Part shown: positions 6,922 through 7,447 of the stretch, in pieces
How positions within the stretch are numbered: position 1 is the stretch's first letter
Layout of the letters: every line of letters begins with the position of its first letter
Source of the DNA: Tubiluchus corallicola
Lineage: Eukaryota > Animalia > Priapulida
Direction of reading: 5' to 3'
Length of the DNA: 7,447 nt
NCBI GenBank assembly: GCA_030141605.1
Contig: JAQGDQ010002229.1
Location: forward strand, 1 to 7,447
Translations under genes and position numbers: made by a program
The notes under the pieces: model-generated
Databases searched by the model: none
Told to the model about the DNA's origin: nothing
The model's input: only the letters and a program-made list of their open reading frames with translations

Positions 6922-7447
6922 AGCAGCTACACAGCACAATGCGTTCATATACGCATATAACCTCTGGCTTCTTTCAATGCAGGTGAAACGGCTTTTCTCC
7001 AAACTGGTAATCAACTCCTAGTGTGACCGCGGCGTAATCGAGTGGCTTCCGGACACTTGCTCTTTCGAAATACTTCTGTTGCCTGGATGGGCTTCTCGTG
7101 TAGAGGCGCAATCAGACCAAACACGTCATCTTATGAAAAACACATTTGAGATGCTTGAGCCGATTAAAATAGACGAACATATGACGCCCAGGGGAACTGG
7201 AACCTTATGCTTGGCACACTTTTATAAAGAAAACAAACGCTTGGGGGCGCGCCGAGGCAACCCAGCAACCACCGTTGCTGAGTCTGAGATTCGAGAAAAG
7301 GAAGCCAAGTTCAAGCCACACATTGGAAGCAAGCCAAGCATGTAGGAAGCTGACAGTCTCACTGAGGTTAACATACGCATTTACGGATGTCACAGATCTA
7401 CCATCAATTAAACTTGGAAACAAACTTAAAAGACAGGAAATGTGAAA

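Noticed and set aside
7385-7447. TDLPSIKLGNKLK..NVK, reminiscent of the CR1/L2 RT segment before the YLG motif
   Set aside because: Too short, needs a frameshift, and is cut by the window edge.
1-7447. Prokaryotic or phage system (operon, CRISPR array, defence island)
   Set aside because: Coding density is very low, and the LINE and MITE remnants, microsatellite and spliceosomal-type signals indicate an animal nuclear genome. No regularly spaced repeat-spacer array was seen.

Overview
AT-rich eukaryotic non-coding DNA, most consistent with an invertebrate animal intron or intergenic region. There is no intact recognisable gene, no prokaryotic operon structure, and no rRNA, tRNA or CRISPR array. 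The window is a mosaic of decayed mobile DNA: a 5'-truncated, frameshifted RTE-clade LINE 3' end (minus strand, ~1128-1810); a ~890-bp inverted-repeat-bounded element (1855-2742) with a probable nested ~150-bp MITE; a 157-nt GA polypurine microsatellite; a ~100-bp hairpin MITE (3869-3979); and a ~285-bp Tc1/mariner-like MITE (5476-5761). The most interesting structure is a ~190-bp imperfect palindrome (4649-4840). Each arm carries a degenerate Penelope-type minimal hammerhead ribozyme core, on opposite strands, mutated at different positions. Several splice-site-bounded, coding-like segments between 5.2 and 7.4 kb may be exons or pseudo-exons but could not be identified. All alignments were done by eye.
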